Shown here: piece by piece, positions 37,701 to 52,700 of the stretch
How the letters are laid out: the number at the start of each line of letters is the position of its first letter
How positions within the stretch are numbered: the stretch's first letter is position 1
Assembly (NCBI GenBank): GCA_905178155.1
Contig: CAJINV010000010.1
Coordinates: 3,182,587-3,246,586, forward strand
DNA: 64,000 bases
Reading direction: 5' to 3'
Source of the DNA: Amoebophrya sp. A120
Lineage: Eukaryota; Protista; Dinoflagellata
Program-made: the position numbers and the translations under genes
Notes under the pieces: generated by a model
What the model was told of the DNA's origin: nothing
Database searches by the model: none
What the model saw: only the letters and a program-made list of their open reading frames with translations

Positions 37701-40700
37701 AAAACGTCCCCACACCAGCAGAGTCAGGATCAGATGGGAAATCTGCAAGACAAATTAGCCTTATTTGGTTGTTTCGCATGACAAATTCTTTGCCCTCGTA
37801 GTGTAATCCTGTTTAGGTTAGGTAGTTCCAAAGCATCACAGATCTAGCATATCATGCTGGTTATAGCATCACAAATTCCAAAACACGAAAAATAGGGAAT
37901 GCTTCATCTCATGGGGCTCCGCATGCGAGACACTTTTGGCATGCAGATTAGCATGACATCTCTGGGGTGGGGACGTTTTTACACAGGATAGGTGTTCGCG
38001 CGTTTTATCTTTACCTGTTCGCGAACCTGCTCCAAGTCGTCCACAGCTTGTTTCACCTGGTCCGTGTCGATCAGGTTATTCGCGGTTTTCTGTTATGAGA
38101 GTGCACATCTCCCCCTTCCCCTCGTTTGTCATGCAAAGCACCAAACTCAGTGGTCACGCCTGGCCTCAGAGCACTGCTCGCATGACAAGTGAATCTGGAA
38201 ACCTAAAGTAGCACTGCGCTCCAGTGCAAACTTGTCATGCACAACCGGCATTCTTGCTGATGCTTGTATTGCCGTTCATGCTAGTACACACATGAAGGGG
38301 GCGGGGGGAGTTGTGCACAACTGTCATATCTGTCTCTGCACAAACATTTTCTTCTCTTCCAACCGATCCTGTTTCAACCTCTCCTCCATTGCCATCCGCT
38401 GGTGCAGATACCGCAGAATCTTGACGATTTCGTTGCAACTCGGGTGCAGGAAGTGCGCAATCGACTGGAGGGCGATGACTAAATCCGAAGTCACGAAGAC
38501 CTGGTTCCGCTCGTACTGGAAAACTTCCAGGATCTTCTTCGTGACGGACAGCGCGCTCGGTGGAACAGCTGGTTTGTCCACCAATTTGTCCCAATTCAGC
38601 CCTACGTAGTCGAACAAATACCAACTAGGCTGCGAAACCGACACTGAGCTAAAGTGCCAAACGGATTGCGACGCAATGCGAATGTCGAAAACCTTGGTGG
38701 TTGCTATCACCAGAAAAAAGTGTTACAGTTACACATTTGTTGGAGTTTCTGCATCACAAATTTTCTCTGTGCGGCACAGAAAACTTGTAATGCGAACATC
38801 ATAAGGGAAAACATGAAGGAAACGAGGATCCCAAGCATTTCCTGCATGAGAAAGGTTGTCTGTGTTGCCGGTCTTGCAACACAATGTGTAACTGTAACAC
38901 TTTTTTCTTGCGATAGTTGCCGACGAGGAATTATTCCCGGCGGAGTAGGAAGTGGGAATGTTATGGGAGTGCCAGAATCGAAATTGACATCAAAGTTGAA
39001 ACGATTTGTCATGCATAAAATGCATGACCCGAGGCACGTGTGTTGCAGAGCAGGCAAGTGAGGCCGATTGTAAGGCTGTTTGGGGTTACAGCTCGAGCTG
39101 CTAAAGTAGCATGAGGAAATCGCCCTCCTTTGCCTAAACAGCATGACAAACTGGATTTAGAGACCGCCGAAATTTGTCATGCGCCACTTAGAAACTGGTT
39201 TCCAACTGGCATCCATTTTATGCATGACAAATCATGTCAACTTTGTCAATTTCGATTCTGACACTTCCATAAATGTTCTGCAGTCCGTATTCCACCGGTT
39301 GGATAGCACTGAGCACCTTATTTGTACTCCCATTTCTGGTGTTCGTCTTCACAACCCCCGTTTGGATTTTCCGCACCGAATTCCGCACCGCTGCCCACTC
39401 GAGCAGGAGGTCATGATGCGATTTCTTCTTTAACCCGCCGTCCGCTCCCGCCGCGCCATTACCCGCAGCTCCTGATGCGGCTGCTCCTTTAGCATCCTTC
39501 TTTTTGTTCTTCGCAGTGGTGGAATCAGCGCTGGCAGTACTCGACGAATTTTTGCTCCCGGTACTATTCGTCAAGAACGCCTGCTCCAGGCACGTTTTGT
39601 CGAACAGATTCAACTTCTGAATCGCGTCGACAAGGCATTTGTCTCCGTCGTTTAACAGGTCAAAGTATGCATTGCAAAAGCATCGTACTAGTATAGATTG
39701 CATCACAAATTTTGGCAAGAAGAAAAGTGGAATTTGTAATGCTGTTTTACCTTAGGAAGGAGATTTGTCACGCATATTTGCAATTAGTACGAGTACGATA
39801 CTTTTGCACAGGATACAAACACGTACCGCCCGGACGGGTTCCGCGGGTTGAACCCAATTACGCTCGACACCGAGTGCATCAGCATTCGCTCCGGCTTCCG
39901 CAGCGCGCCGATCATCTGCGCGCAGAAGTCCCCGTTGTTTTGGTTTCCGGGCGTGATCGGCAAGACCGTGCCGGCCAACGGCCACAGCGCTTTCCGCATC
40001 CTGGTCGCTTCCAGGAACCGACCCAGCATGCGGAACTGGGTCGGCTTCAGGGAGAGCATGCGCGCGAGGAGCGGGAGGAGCGGGGTGTCGAACACCAGCC
40101 CCTCGTCTGCGTTGTGGAAAAATTGAAGAATACCGACGAGACCAGTAAGCGACACGTCGTACCGATGGGCGTTCGACAAGTGGTTCAAGAAATCGTGCGG
40201 CAGAAGCGGCTGCTTGTTCGTAGAAGCGGCTTGTTGTAGTTGCAGAAGCTGCTGTTGCTGTCCCAGCTGCCCATGTTCTTTCGGCTGCTCTGACACCAGA
40301 CGCAGCTCAAACTCGATGACTATGGAAGTTGTACTAGCGCTAGAATTTGTCATGCTGTTTTGCACGAGTGGCGAACTGAAGAAATCCCCAGTCACTTCCT
40401 TGCCGTTGACAAATCCGCTCTCGATTGCATAGCAGTATCGAAATGAAAAATCCCCCCTCCCCATATCAAAGCGGACATCTGTGATGCAGATTTGTGGTCG
40501 CAAATCAGCTTTGTCATGCTAGAAGGCAAAAGATGCGGACTGTTGACACGGAAACACCTCGACAGTGAACTCCCGACGAATTTTGCAAAACCCCTAGTCG
40601 ATTCTTTGTCGATTCCTTATCCAAAACGAAAATCGCACGCACGTGCTCCAATGTCTACGCTCACGACTGTTGTCGTGCGCCACACGGCCAGAGAGAAGGC

Positions 40701-43700
40701 CGGCGACTTGAAACCACACAAAGCCAGCGCTTTGCTCCAAGTCGCTGGCAGTTTTTGGCGTCCCCTTTCGGTGTCGAACAATTGCACGCCGCGCTGCGGT
40801 TCTACTGTATCGAACCGGCTGCGCGGCTTTTGCACTGTGCGTCATCTTCCGGCTCGAGCCTTGCTTTGTTACACTTGTACGAAATGGAGGCCCCGCTCAC
40901 CCTGCGGCGTGGCGATCTTGTACAATTGTACGAAAAGCGGCGTGGCACTTGGCGTCACATCGCCACCCTGCGGCGTAGCGATTTCGTACATTACCATCGG
41001 GGGGATGGCGGCGCCAGCAGGCGACGACCTAAAGGAGCAAGCCGCTTTTCGTACAATTGTACGAAACAGGGGACAACACTGTCCGCCACTTTCGCAGGCG
41101 TGCTTGCATTCTGCGGGCCGCGGCAGCGCTGCCCGCGCGCCCAGTGTCCGCGCGCGCCCAAGTGCATCCACAGCAGCGGCGCGGAGCCTCTGTCGATTCC
41201 TTGTCGATTCCTTGTCGATTCCTTGTCGATTCTTTGTCGATTCCTTGTCGATTCCTTGTCGATTCCTTGTCGATTCTTTGTCGATTCCTTGTCGATTCCT
41301 TGTCGATTTTTTCTCATTTCGTACAATTGTACGAAATCAGCAGCTCTGAAAGAAAATGTCACTTTCCTAATTTCGTACAATTGTACGAAATCAATATTTC
41401 TAAAAGAAACAGCGAATTTCGTACAATTGTACGAAATTGTACGAAATCGACAAAGAATCGACAAAGAATCGACAAGGAATCGACAAGGAATCGACAAAGA
41501 ATCGACACGGACTCGACAGAGGTCACCCCGAAACATGGGCGCAACGAGTGGAATCGACAAGGAATCGACAACGACCACCGAGAAGCAAGGCAGCAGAGCC
41601 GTCGTATTTGGCACAAACACTTGCGCGCCCTTTTGTACAAAACAAGCGGCTGCGCGACCTCCTATTTTCGTACAATTGTACAAAAAGCGATTGGGGGACC
41701 TGCCCCGCACCTTCCGGCTGGGGTACGTCCAGCCCTGCCAGTGTCGTCGATTGTGCGAGCCAGCGCATTTTCGTACGATTGTACGAAATGTTATCTGGAG
41801 ACCAAGCACCCGCTTTTCGTACGGTTGTACGAAGTCAGCAATTTTTCTGACAGAAAATGTCAGTTTCCTAATTTCGTACAATTGTGCGAAATTGTCGCTG
41901 TGCTCCCCGCTTTTGCTGTTGTCTGCGTGTTTTCGTCATGCTCCCCGCTTTTGCTCTATATTCATGACAACGGTCATACTTCTCGAACTGTTCATTGTAT
42001 GCGCTACTTGGGTTGTACACGGCAGTGGACCAAGCACGCAGGCAGAAAACAAGAAAGATATCGGCCAAAATCGACAAGGAATCGACAGAAAATCGACAGA
42101 GAATCGACAGAAAATCGACAGCAATTCGACGACTTCAGCTTGTCGAGGTGTTCCGGTGCCAAGGACTGTAGTGCTGGCTGGCGTGGGAAAGCCAAATCTT
42201 CAGCATGACAGGAGGCAGCTGGAATGGGGAAACAGCATGGCAAATTGCCTGCAACAAGTCAGGCCACAACTGCGTCTTTTGGCCTTCTAGCAATACAAGT
42301 CGACTTGTGTACTCAAATGCAGCACCACAAGTTTCGTTTTCGATATGGGGAGGGGGCATTTTTCCTTTTGATAAGTAGAGCACGTTCTTCGCCGTCAGCT
42401 CCTGAAAATGCTTCCGCACCAAATCCAACACGGTGCGGTGCACCGGGTTCCCGAGCCAAAGTTTGTACTTGCCGAGTTTGGGATTCGTGAAGTCCCACAG
42501 ATTATCAAATGTAAAAGTGTCTGGGTCTGGAAGAATGCAAGATTTGTCATGCATATTTCTCATGGCCCATGATGCCTGTAATGCAGGACCAGCATCGCAG
42601 ACTTTTAGAGGGCTTCCTGATGCACCTTCCGCATGAGAAATGCCCTGTCCGTGTAGCACAAACTGTGCCCCTCGTGCTGGTGGTCATGCAATGCAATTTT
42701 TTTTAGAGTCCAAAAACAGCATGACAAGTTGCAATCTTCCAGACCCAGACACTTTTGCAGTTGATACAGATTATCGTTCACCGCCCTCGTTTGCTGGTTA
42801 TCCAGTTGGATCCTCGTGTCGGAGAAATCTATCGCGATAATCCTGTTGTGCGTTTCCTTCAGCATTTGGTTCACGTTGGACTCTTTCGCCATGTCCCCAG
42901 CAGCACCCCCACCTGTAGTTGTACTAGCACTTGTAGCTACTGTTCCACCGCTGATGTTCTTATTCGCAGACGTAGCTCCTGCTCCTTGTTTCTTGCTCGC
43001 AGCTCCCTTAGAAGAAGTTGTCAACGTGCCTCCTGTCGACGTGTTGCTGTTGGCCAAAATGTTTTTGCACTGCACCAGAACCGCTCGCAGCAGGTACTGC
43101 ATTCCGAGATACCCGTGCGGGTTGCCGCGCAATTCCAGAGATTTCAGGCCGGAAATCCCGGTCGAACCAGACCCAATCACCGCTTCGGAGAGCAGCAAAT
43201 CCATGCTGGCATCGAGGCCGCAATTGTTCAAACAGAGGGACTTCAATGAGGATACCTGCGCGCCCGTGGAAACACCCGATGCCGGTTTCAAACTGGTCAA
43301 GAAAAAGGTAATTGGGGGCATGGACTTCAGCTCGAGATGTTGCTGCAACAGATCCACCGGCAGATTTTCCTCTCCCATCGTCACCGAGTGCAGCGCGTGC
43401 GGCTCCAGCACCGAACTGTTTTGTAGGTAGTGTCGTGTGACTTTGTCCGCCGCCGTAGCAGATAGATCCGCGTGTTTTCGGATTCCACAGTTGTGGTTGA
43501 AGCTCAGGTCCAAAAACTGCAGCTTCAGCGACTCGGAACTTGCGACGCCGAGCTTGCGGAAGAACTCCGGCGCTTGCAGATCGTTTTTCGACAAGTCCAA
43601 CGCCTTCAACCGGCCAGATATCAGTTCGAAGAAGTTCTCGTCCAGGATTTCCCTCGGATTCACCGAAGCCAGCCGGCAGTCGGACAAGGCGAGAATGGAA

Positions 43701-46700
43701 AGAAAGGAGCAATTGTTGGCGAGCTGCTCACAAAGTTTGGAGAACAGCGAACCCGAATTCCCGATCGCCTGGATTCCATTCAAATTCAACCGGTTCAGGT
43801 TTCGGATCTTCTTCGCGTTGGTGAGGAGGCAGTTCAGTCCCAACTGCGAAACCTTGTAATTCCAGGCCAGGTCCAAATCCTTCAACTGATCCCCGAAAGG
43901 TCGAATCAGCCGGTCGAAGAGCGGGATCAGGGAAATGTCGGAAAAATCGTTGTTTTCCAACTGAACCGACACAATCTTGTTGTTTTTCGTCTTCTGGGTC
44001 GACTGCAGCGCCGTTTCGTAGAAATCCAGCAACCGCAGCAGTTTTTCGTCCGTCAAATTCAGATTCGCCAAGTCCAGCAGTCTCTTATTCGGTTCCCAGT
44101 TTCGCTGCTGCTCCACTTTCGCCTGCTCCCGCGCTAACCCCGTTTTATCCTCTGCAAAAATATCAACATAGTCGTAGTAATTGCAGCTTTGCATGACAAG
44201 TCCAATTTTCTACCCAAACACGCATGACAAATTCAATTGAATTTTATTTCTTCATCTTGAGAAAATTTGTAATGCAATTTCTACGTAGTGCGGTAGTTTT
44301 GCAATGCATACGTTTGCACCAACAGCGACTGGCTCCTCGGATCGCTTTTGTTCACCTCGGTGAACTATCAAGTGCAAAAATGTCTGGCGGGTCTGGAAGA
44401 ATGCATGTTTGTCATGATTGTCTGGCATATACTCTTGAATCTGTCATGCATGTTACCCAAGAACTCCATTTTCCTCTCATGCAGCTGAAACTCAGTTGGT
44501 CATGCAGAATAGGCAACGCCTAGAAGGAGCTCAGAAACTTGTCATGTTGAGCAAGCTCTTGTGGCCTCATCATGATACGCCACTCACCATCACAAGTTTC
44601 CAGACCCAGACACTTTTGCATTTGATATGAACTCCAGGCCGAAGTGGGTGGAGTTGGTCTGGTCCGGGGGTGGGAGAGTTTTGGGTAGACTTTGTTCCCC
44701 ATCAGCTCGCACACCACCTGCAACCTCACCCGGACCACTCTTCGCATCGGTCAAGGTCAGCGCGGAGAGCGACCCAAAAATGCCGGCGGTCTTTGTTGTT
44801 GTTGATGGCCCCGCCCCGGCTGGTGCTGTTGTAGCAGCACCAGCTCCGTCATCTCCCTCCTGCACCGCCCACAGCTCTGCTGCCGCGGCTGCCGCCGCCT
44901 CGCGTTTCGACTTGACTGCCAGGTGGCTCGCGATTTGGTTCAAACAGATGTACTCCTCGGCGGAACGGTGCTGCAGGAAGAAAAAGTTTTTCTGCAGGAT
45001 GTTCAAGGTTATCTAGTGCAAATATGTCTCGGTCTGGAATATTGCAACGTTTGCCATGCATATTTCGCATGAGCTATGATGCCTGTAATGCATGATCTAG
45101 CATGCCAGATTTTTAGAGCGTTTCCTGTTCTTGCCTATTCCGCATGCGATGTGCCCTCTGCGCGTAGCACAAACCGCGCTCTTCTTGCTGGTCATGCAAT
45201 ACAGATTTCTCTGGAATCCGGAGACAGCATTACAAGTTGCAACCTTCCAGACCCAGACATTATATTTGCATTTCATAAAAGTGTCAAAGACCGCCCGCTT
45301 CTCCTGAAACCGGTGCTCCTGCTCCAAAAACAGTATCCCGAGTAGAAACATCCCCACGACCCCACAGGGACAGGTGTTTGTAATGCAAATCTGCACGCTG
45401 AAAATGTTTCTCATGCGGTGTCCCATGAAACGCATTTTCTAATAGAAGCGTTTCGGAATTTGTCATGCCCCAACAAGCATGAGAGGCTACCTCTGTGATG
45501 CTGCTCAACTAGCTAAACAGGAAGATTACTTTAGGGGGCCAAGCTACTTGTCATGCGCAATAGCCAAAGCTTGTTGATTTGTCTAGCAGAGTTCCCATCT
45601 TGACCACTATGGTATGGGGTGGTGACGTTTTTACACAGGATAAACAGCAGGGACTTCGCGGGCACCGGGACGTCATTGTCCTTTTCGCACCTCTATGAAC
45701 TGCAAAAGTATCGTACTCGTATAAATGCATCACAAATTTCCTCAGCATGAGAAATTAAATTTGTAATGGGGATTTGCCTCAAGAAAAAGATTTGTAATGC
45801 ATGATTGCAATACGAGTACGATACTTTTGCACAGGATAACCTCGCGAAGTAGTTGATGTGCGCCTTCTGGTAGGTACGAACTGCAAAAGTATCGTACTAG
45901 TAGGAATTGCAATACAAATTAGCTTAGCATGACAAATGGAACTTGTCATGCTGTTTTGCCTTGGGATGGAGATTTGTAATGCATGACTGCGATTACTACG
46001 AGTACGATACTTTTGCACTTGATAGTAGGCGGAATGCGACAAAAGCTTGTTCGCGAAAATCGACAACGCCGGAAAGGCCCGGGGGTTGTTGTACAATTGC
46101 TCTCGTAGCTCGAGTTTGGGCACCAAGGGCGCGTTGTCCGGAATGAGGTCGTTCTTTCCGTCGTCTTCGAAGATCTCGCCCAGTCTTTCCATGGACTTTC
46201 GCCGTCGCACGTCCCCGTTCGGAATCGGAAACATCTTCAGCTGATCCTGCAATTTCTCTACGGTGTGCACGGGCTTGTGCATCTTGCCGACGCGGAAATC
46301 ATATGCATTGCAAAAGTATCGCACTCCTTCTCCTATAAATGCATTACAAATACAAATTTCCACCTCAGCATGAGAAATAAAATTTGTACTGCGGATTTAC
46401 CTTAAGAAAAAGATTTGTAATGCATAACTCCAATACGAGTACGATACTTTTGCACAGGATAAATCAAAAAACTTTGCCACGGTCGACTCCGCCGTGTTCA
46501 TGCGCCCCGCCATGGTATGGAGTTCTCTAATCAGTTACATTCTCAACTGCTCTTCCATGAATTTGTAAATGCAAAAGTGGCAAAAGCCAAAGGGCGGAGG
46601 GTGCACCTGTAGCATTACAAATGCCGCCCAGATGTAAGTGCTGTTTAGCCCTTCGCAGATTTGTCATGCGAAGCAGCTTGGTCGTGTGGATGATGAAGAT

Positions 46701-49700
46701 GATGATAGTTCTGCATGACAAATTCATGTAACAGTTGAGAGTGTAACGTTAGAGAACGCCGTACATGGTTCGCGGGATCTCAGACACCTGCATCTGGATT
46801 TTCGTTTCGGTTTCGAGATTTTGGACTTTGGTGCTAATCCCATCGTCGTCGTCGTCATGGTCGACTCTAGATCCAGAAGCAGGTGCTTTTGGTGACTTCT
46901 TTGTTGTAGCCGTTGCTGACTTTGGCGTCTGTTCTACTGCTCCGCGCTGCACTTCTACTTGGGAAGCTGTAGACGCTGCACCTGCGCCAGCAGTAGAAGT
47001 CGTGCCTGCTGGTGCTGCTCCACCGGCTACTGGGCTAGTACCTGGTGCAGTGGTCGCACCAGCTCCACCAGAAGTACCGGCAGGCGTCACACCAGGAGAA
47101 GTCGTCGTGTTTTTCTTGAGCAGACTACCCATCAGATTCCCGATCATCCCGCTTGGAGATGATGTAGTACCCAGAGGAGCAGTCCCTGTGGTCTATTGCA
47201 CGGAAAAATCCCCCCTCCCCATATTGAAAGCATGTCCCTCCGAAAATTTGTGATGCAGATTTGTGGCCACAAATCCTGTCTGTCTTGCCAGAAGGCAAAT
47301 CCAGAGACTCCGCCACGATATGCAGGCGGTTTGTAATGCTGCAAGGCCTACAGGGCAGATGTCTGCCATGCTAGGCCCCTACACCAAAAGGCCCCTGCTT
47401 GGGCTTGCGATCTGCGCGCAGTGCTTTCCTGCAAGACAAATGTGATTTGTGTACGCAAATCCCGCATCACAGATTTCCGTTTTGATATGCGGAGGGGGGA
47501 TTTTTCATTTTGATATGGTCCCACTCAGGCTCAACGCGTTCGTCGGGCTCGACATCGGCGACATCACGATAGATACCGATTTCATATTCGGCGGGGTCGT
47601 ACTGTGTTGAGCAGGATCGAGGCCCACCGCCGCTGCGGCGGAAAGGGGCGATGTGGGTGCGGAACTATCTGCTCCGTCTTGATGGCCCCTGCTCTCAGTT
47701 TTCCATTTCAGCAAGGTGCTGGGTCGTTCGGAAAAAAAGGACAGGTCTTGTTTTTTCTTCTTCACCGGGGAGTTGGCGTTGGCCTTCGCCAACCTCTGAC
47801 TTTCCAATTTTTTCTTCAGCGCGTAGTTCTTCATTCGGGGGGACACCGACATGGTTTGCGACAAATCCAAGGTTTTGGAAGAGGAGAGGCTCATGCTCGA
47901 CGTCGACTTCCGAAAACTGTTCAAGGACATCAGTTTCTGCGGACTGGACGAGTTCGCAAGTTTTCTGTTCCGCATCCTGGTGGACTATCAACAGGAAAAA
48001 TCCCCCCTCCCTATACTGAAAAGGTGCATTTCTGGAAATTTGTGATGCTGATTTGTGGTCACAAATCGCGTCTGTCTTGCAAGAAGGCAATTCCGCAGAC
48101 AACCGCCGCACTGCGCAGGCCGTTTCTCATGCTGTTGGGCCTACAGCGCGGAAGTTTTTCATGCTAAGTGCCTAAGCCGAAACCTCGGTACTCACACTTG
48201 ATATGGGCCTTCAGTGCTCTCCAGCAAGACAGCTCGGATTTGTGTACACAAATCCAGCATCAGAAATTTCGGTCTGATATGGGGAGGGGGGATTTTATCT
48301 TTCGATATGGACAGCTGTTGCTTCGCGAGAAGTTCCTTCTCCAGCTCCTTCACGTCGAACACTCTTTCCACCCGGTCGACCTCTTTCTGCAGGGAGTCGT
48401 AGTACTTTTCGCGTTTTTGGGTCTCGATCAGTTTCTCCTTCTCCATCTGTTCCTGGAGAAACAGCTCCCCGCGGCGTCGTTTCTTCTCCAATTTTAGGTC
48501 CTCCATGGTCTGCTTCGCGAGCGGGGAAATGTCGCCCTTGTTGGAAATGTCGAAAATCTCCGCCTCCGATTCAATCGGGCGGAATTCCTCCCAGCCGACC
48601 TTGCGGTCGAACTCTTCTTCGTACTCTTCTTGCTCTCGCTTCCGCGCGTTGGCCATGGCGCTGGTGAGGAAAGACAAGTCCCGGTCCGGCCCCCAGGTTT
48701 TCATCGTGTACCTTCTAACCGTCGCATTGTGGTCATGTTTCGGCCCGGAGGACCCCGCAAAAATGCGCTCGTAGTCTTGGAGTGCTCTTTTCTTCTGCCT
48801 CTCAAACTCCGATAGTTCTTGTATGGGCTGATGTAGTTCCTCCCTCGGGTGGAAAAAGTTCGAGGTTTTGGTCGTGCGATTGGAATGGTTGTTGATAGTA
48901 CTACCCTGGTGCATCCACATGAAATTGCTGTTTCCGTCCTCATTCATCAAAACAGACGAGTCTTGGAAAATCGGGTTGAAAGATGTTCCACCATCTTCTG
49001 TCGCCCCGTCCGCGTCTCCGTGCTCTCCGCCAGTGTAGATTTTCAGATTCTGACTGTTGGTCCGAAACCCACCCCCTCGGGTTGTCGTCGATGTCGCCAT
49101 GCTATCAAGTGTAAAAGTGTCTGGGTCTGGAAGAGTGCGCGACTTGTCATGCAGCTTTTCCATGGCCCACGAGGTCTGGAATGCAGGACCTAGCATGACA
49201 GATTCTGTTCGATCTCTCTCATGCCTATCCTGCATGAGAAACTCCCTCCCGACTTGGTCAAAGCTGGGCGACTTTTGGTAATCATGCAACACAGATTTTT
49301 GCATGTTTCAGATTTAGCATGACAAGTTGCATTCTTCCAGACCCAGACATTTTTACATTTGATACATGCTGCTTCGCGGGCTGTTTCCACTGTTGATGGA
49401 CGCAGCGGACGCAGTCAAGTTCGGGTTATGAGAGTGCACAACTCCCCTCCCCCTCATTTGTATAGCATGCACGGCAATCATCATCATCATCATCATGTAG
49501 TGGACACCCGTACCCAGCGCCACAGGTCAAGCATCCCCTCCCCGGGGGGTGGGCGAGGAAGCACTTTCGGCGACCTCAACATACAAAAGCCGAGCGCTAC
49601 CACGGCAAGTCGCCCCAATAAAAGTACCAACCAAGCATCAGCAATACAAGCATCAGCAGTACGGCAATACAAGCATCAGCAAGAATGCCGGTTTTGCATG

Positions 49701-52700
49701 ACAAATTTGCACTCCTGGAGTGTAGTGCTATTTGGGCTACCCGAACTTGTCATGCAAACAGTGCCAAAGACCAAGGCGTGAACTAGGCATTTTGCATGAC
49801 AAATGAGGGGGAGGGGGAGTTGTGCACTGTCATACGGGTTACTGGCGTTGCTGAAGGCGGAGGTCGTGGTGCCAAATAACGGAGCTCCTTGTTGTGCACC
49901 GCCGTGTTTCGGCGAAGAGGCTGCAGTAGCTCCGCTGACAAATTCCACGACGGGTTTCTTAATATGCGTCATCATCCCGCTAGTACCTGGTCCTCCTCTC
50001 GTCCGCCACTTCGGGTACTCCATCACCAATGGCAATTGTTTCTCCTGCTTCGAAAAGCAATCCTTGTACAGGTCACTGGGAAGCTTCACCGGGGGTAGCT
50101 TCACCGTGATTTTGTCTTCTAAAACCGAGGATCTGAAGATCAAATTATCCACGGCGTACTCGTAATACAACGGCCGGACTTGTTCCACCCCATGATTTTG
50201 AAGCGCCTGTTGTTTATTCCGCGCGGTCACCGCATTTATTTTCGGTGACGTGCCACCATGATTCGTGAGATCGATACGGAGGTGCGGTTCCTGGAGGATG
50301 TTGAGAGTGGTTTCTTGTTGGTCAGCAGATGAGCCTTGAAGGAGATGTTGGTTTTGACTTTGTCTACTAGTATTTTCTCCAATGTTATTCCACTCCACCG
50401 AGCTGGTGACGGACCCAAACCCGACCTTTGAGCTGCTTCGCGAGTTCTCTGCGGTTGTCGACTGGTTTTTCTGCGAATCAAAGTCGTGTGGGTCAAAGTC
50501 CCGAACGAGCGGCGCGAGCGTTTCTCGGACCTGCAAATTCTGGCACTTCTCGAAATTGAGACGAACGGGGGAGTTGGAGACCAGTAAGTCGTCCATTCGA
50601 GAGTTGTTCGGCGAGATTACGCCACCAGCGCTTTTCGGTGACGATTCTGGAGATGAATTTCTCTCCTTCATTTCCCGTTCCCACGCGAGTTTTTTCCGGT
50701 CTTCTAACAGCTTCAACTTTTCCTTCTCTACCGCTTGTACCCTTTCATCCGCAAATTCTTTTTTCAGCCGCGAAATGTCGCGCAGTTCCCATTTCCAGAG
50801 ACTGGACATGAGGGAATTTCGCCGGCGCTCCTTCTCTTTCTTCTCCCGTTCGGACATGCCTTTCGCAGTGGTTTTCCGACGACTGAGGGATTTCGAGGGT
50901 GGTGAGTGAGAAGCGGAGACCACAGCAGGACCTGCATTAGCAGCGGCCGCCGCCGCCGCGCCAGCCCCAGCAGTAGCAGAAGTATCCGTTGTTGTGGAGG
51001 CTTGTGCACCAGCTGCGCCCTCTGCAGCTCCTGCTCCGGGCCCGGAAGTAGATGAGCCAGTCGCAGAACTCGAGGAGAATCCGCTCGCTGCAGTGATGTT
51101 GTTGGTCTGGGATGATGAAACGCCTGTAGCTTCTTTTCCTCCTGTCGCGATCTTCACCTGAGAGGCACTCTTCGGTGACAAGGCTGATGAACCAGCGCCG
51201 CCTGCTGGAGCAGTGGGGGAAGAAGTTGTACCTGCACCGGCACCCGCAGCTCCACCAACATCCAGGCTCGATTTCGACGACGCCATGAGACTCCCCGTGC
51301 TCGCCCTTCGTTTATTCCCGGCTGCCATCGCTTTCGGGGTCGGATTCTTATGCTCTTCTAACGCGAGCATGGCGGCGTCCGCGAGCGAATCCACTTCCAA
51401 AATGCGGCTGGACCGTATGACAGTGCACAACTACCGTACCTCTCCCCCTCATTTGTAATTGTATATTAGCATGAACAGCAATACAAACGCCGGCACCTAT
51501 GGAGCCTGTGCATGACAAGTTCATCATGCGCGTAAGGTAAGTAGTCCTGCTTGGGCTACTACTTTCGGAATCTGTCATGCAAACATCACCACAGTGCAGC
51601 GCTTAGATTTGGTATTTTGCATGACAAATGAGGGGGAGGGGGAGATGTGCACTTCTCTCGTAGATCGGTCAAATTTCCTCAATTTCCTTGCGGCTTTCTG
51701 TTTCTTCACCACTTCAGCTGCGTGCTTCTCAGCGGCGGTTACGTGCTCGTTGAAATACTGTTTGGACAAAACCCCGCTCTCCAATTGCTGCTCCAAAATC
51801 GACAACGACAGCGGTCTCTGCACGGCGGCGGAGCCGAACCCGATCACCTTCTTCCTCTTCTCTTTCAGGATCCTCGCCCGCGCCGGGTCCAAATACCCAT
51901 GCTTGTTTTTCGACACAGATTTTTCCTTCTGGATACTAGTACTGTGCTGCTGATGAGGATCGACATCTTCAGGTAGGTCGTCAATAAGAAATTGCTCTAC
52001 CGTTTCTTGGTGAATCACGAGTCGCTTATGCTGGCTCTCGTGGTTTTCGTTTTCCTCCTCGCCGTCGCCGTTGTTCCCTTTATTGTTCCCGTTGCCTCCT
52101 CCGCCCCGCCCGTTGGGGATCTCTTTCCTGTCTGGCGTTTCTTGCTCTCCTGCGTTATTTGATGTTCCCAACAGTCCTAGACTCACGTTGTTGAACTTGT
52201 TGCAGATGTCGACCTCGTGCTCAATTTGGTTCAATTTGATTTTCTCTGCCAGCTGCTCCTCGGATTCTACAAAAGGGTACTGGACCAACCGCGGGCCGCC
52301 GGCGAACATCAAATTCAGTTATGGATTGCAAATATGTCTGGGTCTGGAAACTTGTAATGCTAAAAGTGAATGTTAGACGCACTACAATACGCAGCTATGC
52401 ATGACAATTTTTTTCGCTGACATGTGTTACGTATTCCGCATGGCAAACTGCGTTTTCGCATGACAGGCAAGAGGGCCTTTTCGTGCCCATGCAACACAGA
52501 TTCTCGAGTCATGCCAGACAAGCATGACAAACTTGCATTCTTCCAGACCCAGACTACATTCATATTTGCAGTGCGTATCAGTTTCGCGGAATACACCTCC
52601 ATGCCGAGCTGTTTCAGCGAATCCCGTTCCGGCTGCCCAAACGCCTCCGGATACGCGTGCTGCAGGTAGACGTCCCAAAAGAGCGACGGCTTCGTCTTCT

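Noticed and set aside
40755-42290. 511-aa, 383-aa and 296-aa ORFs as a transposase
   Set aside because: They are translations of 11-bp repeats and palindromes (SIPCRFLVDSL, ISYNCTK) with no catalytic motif.
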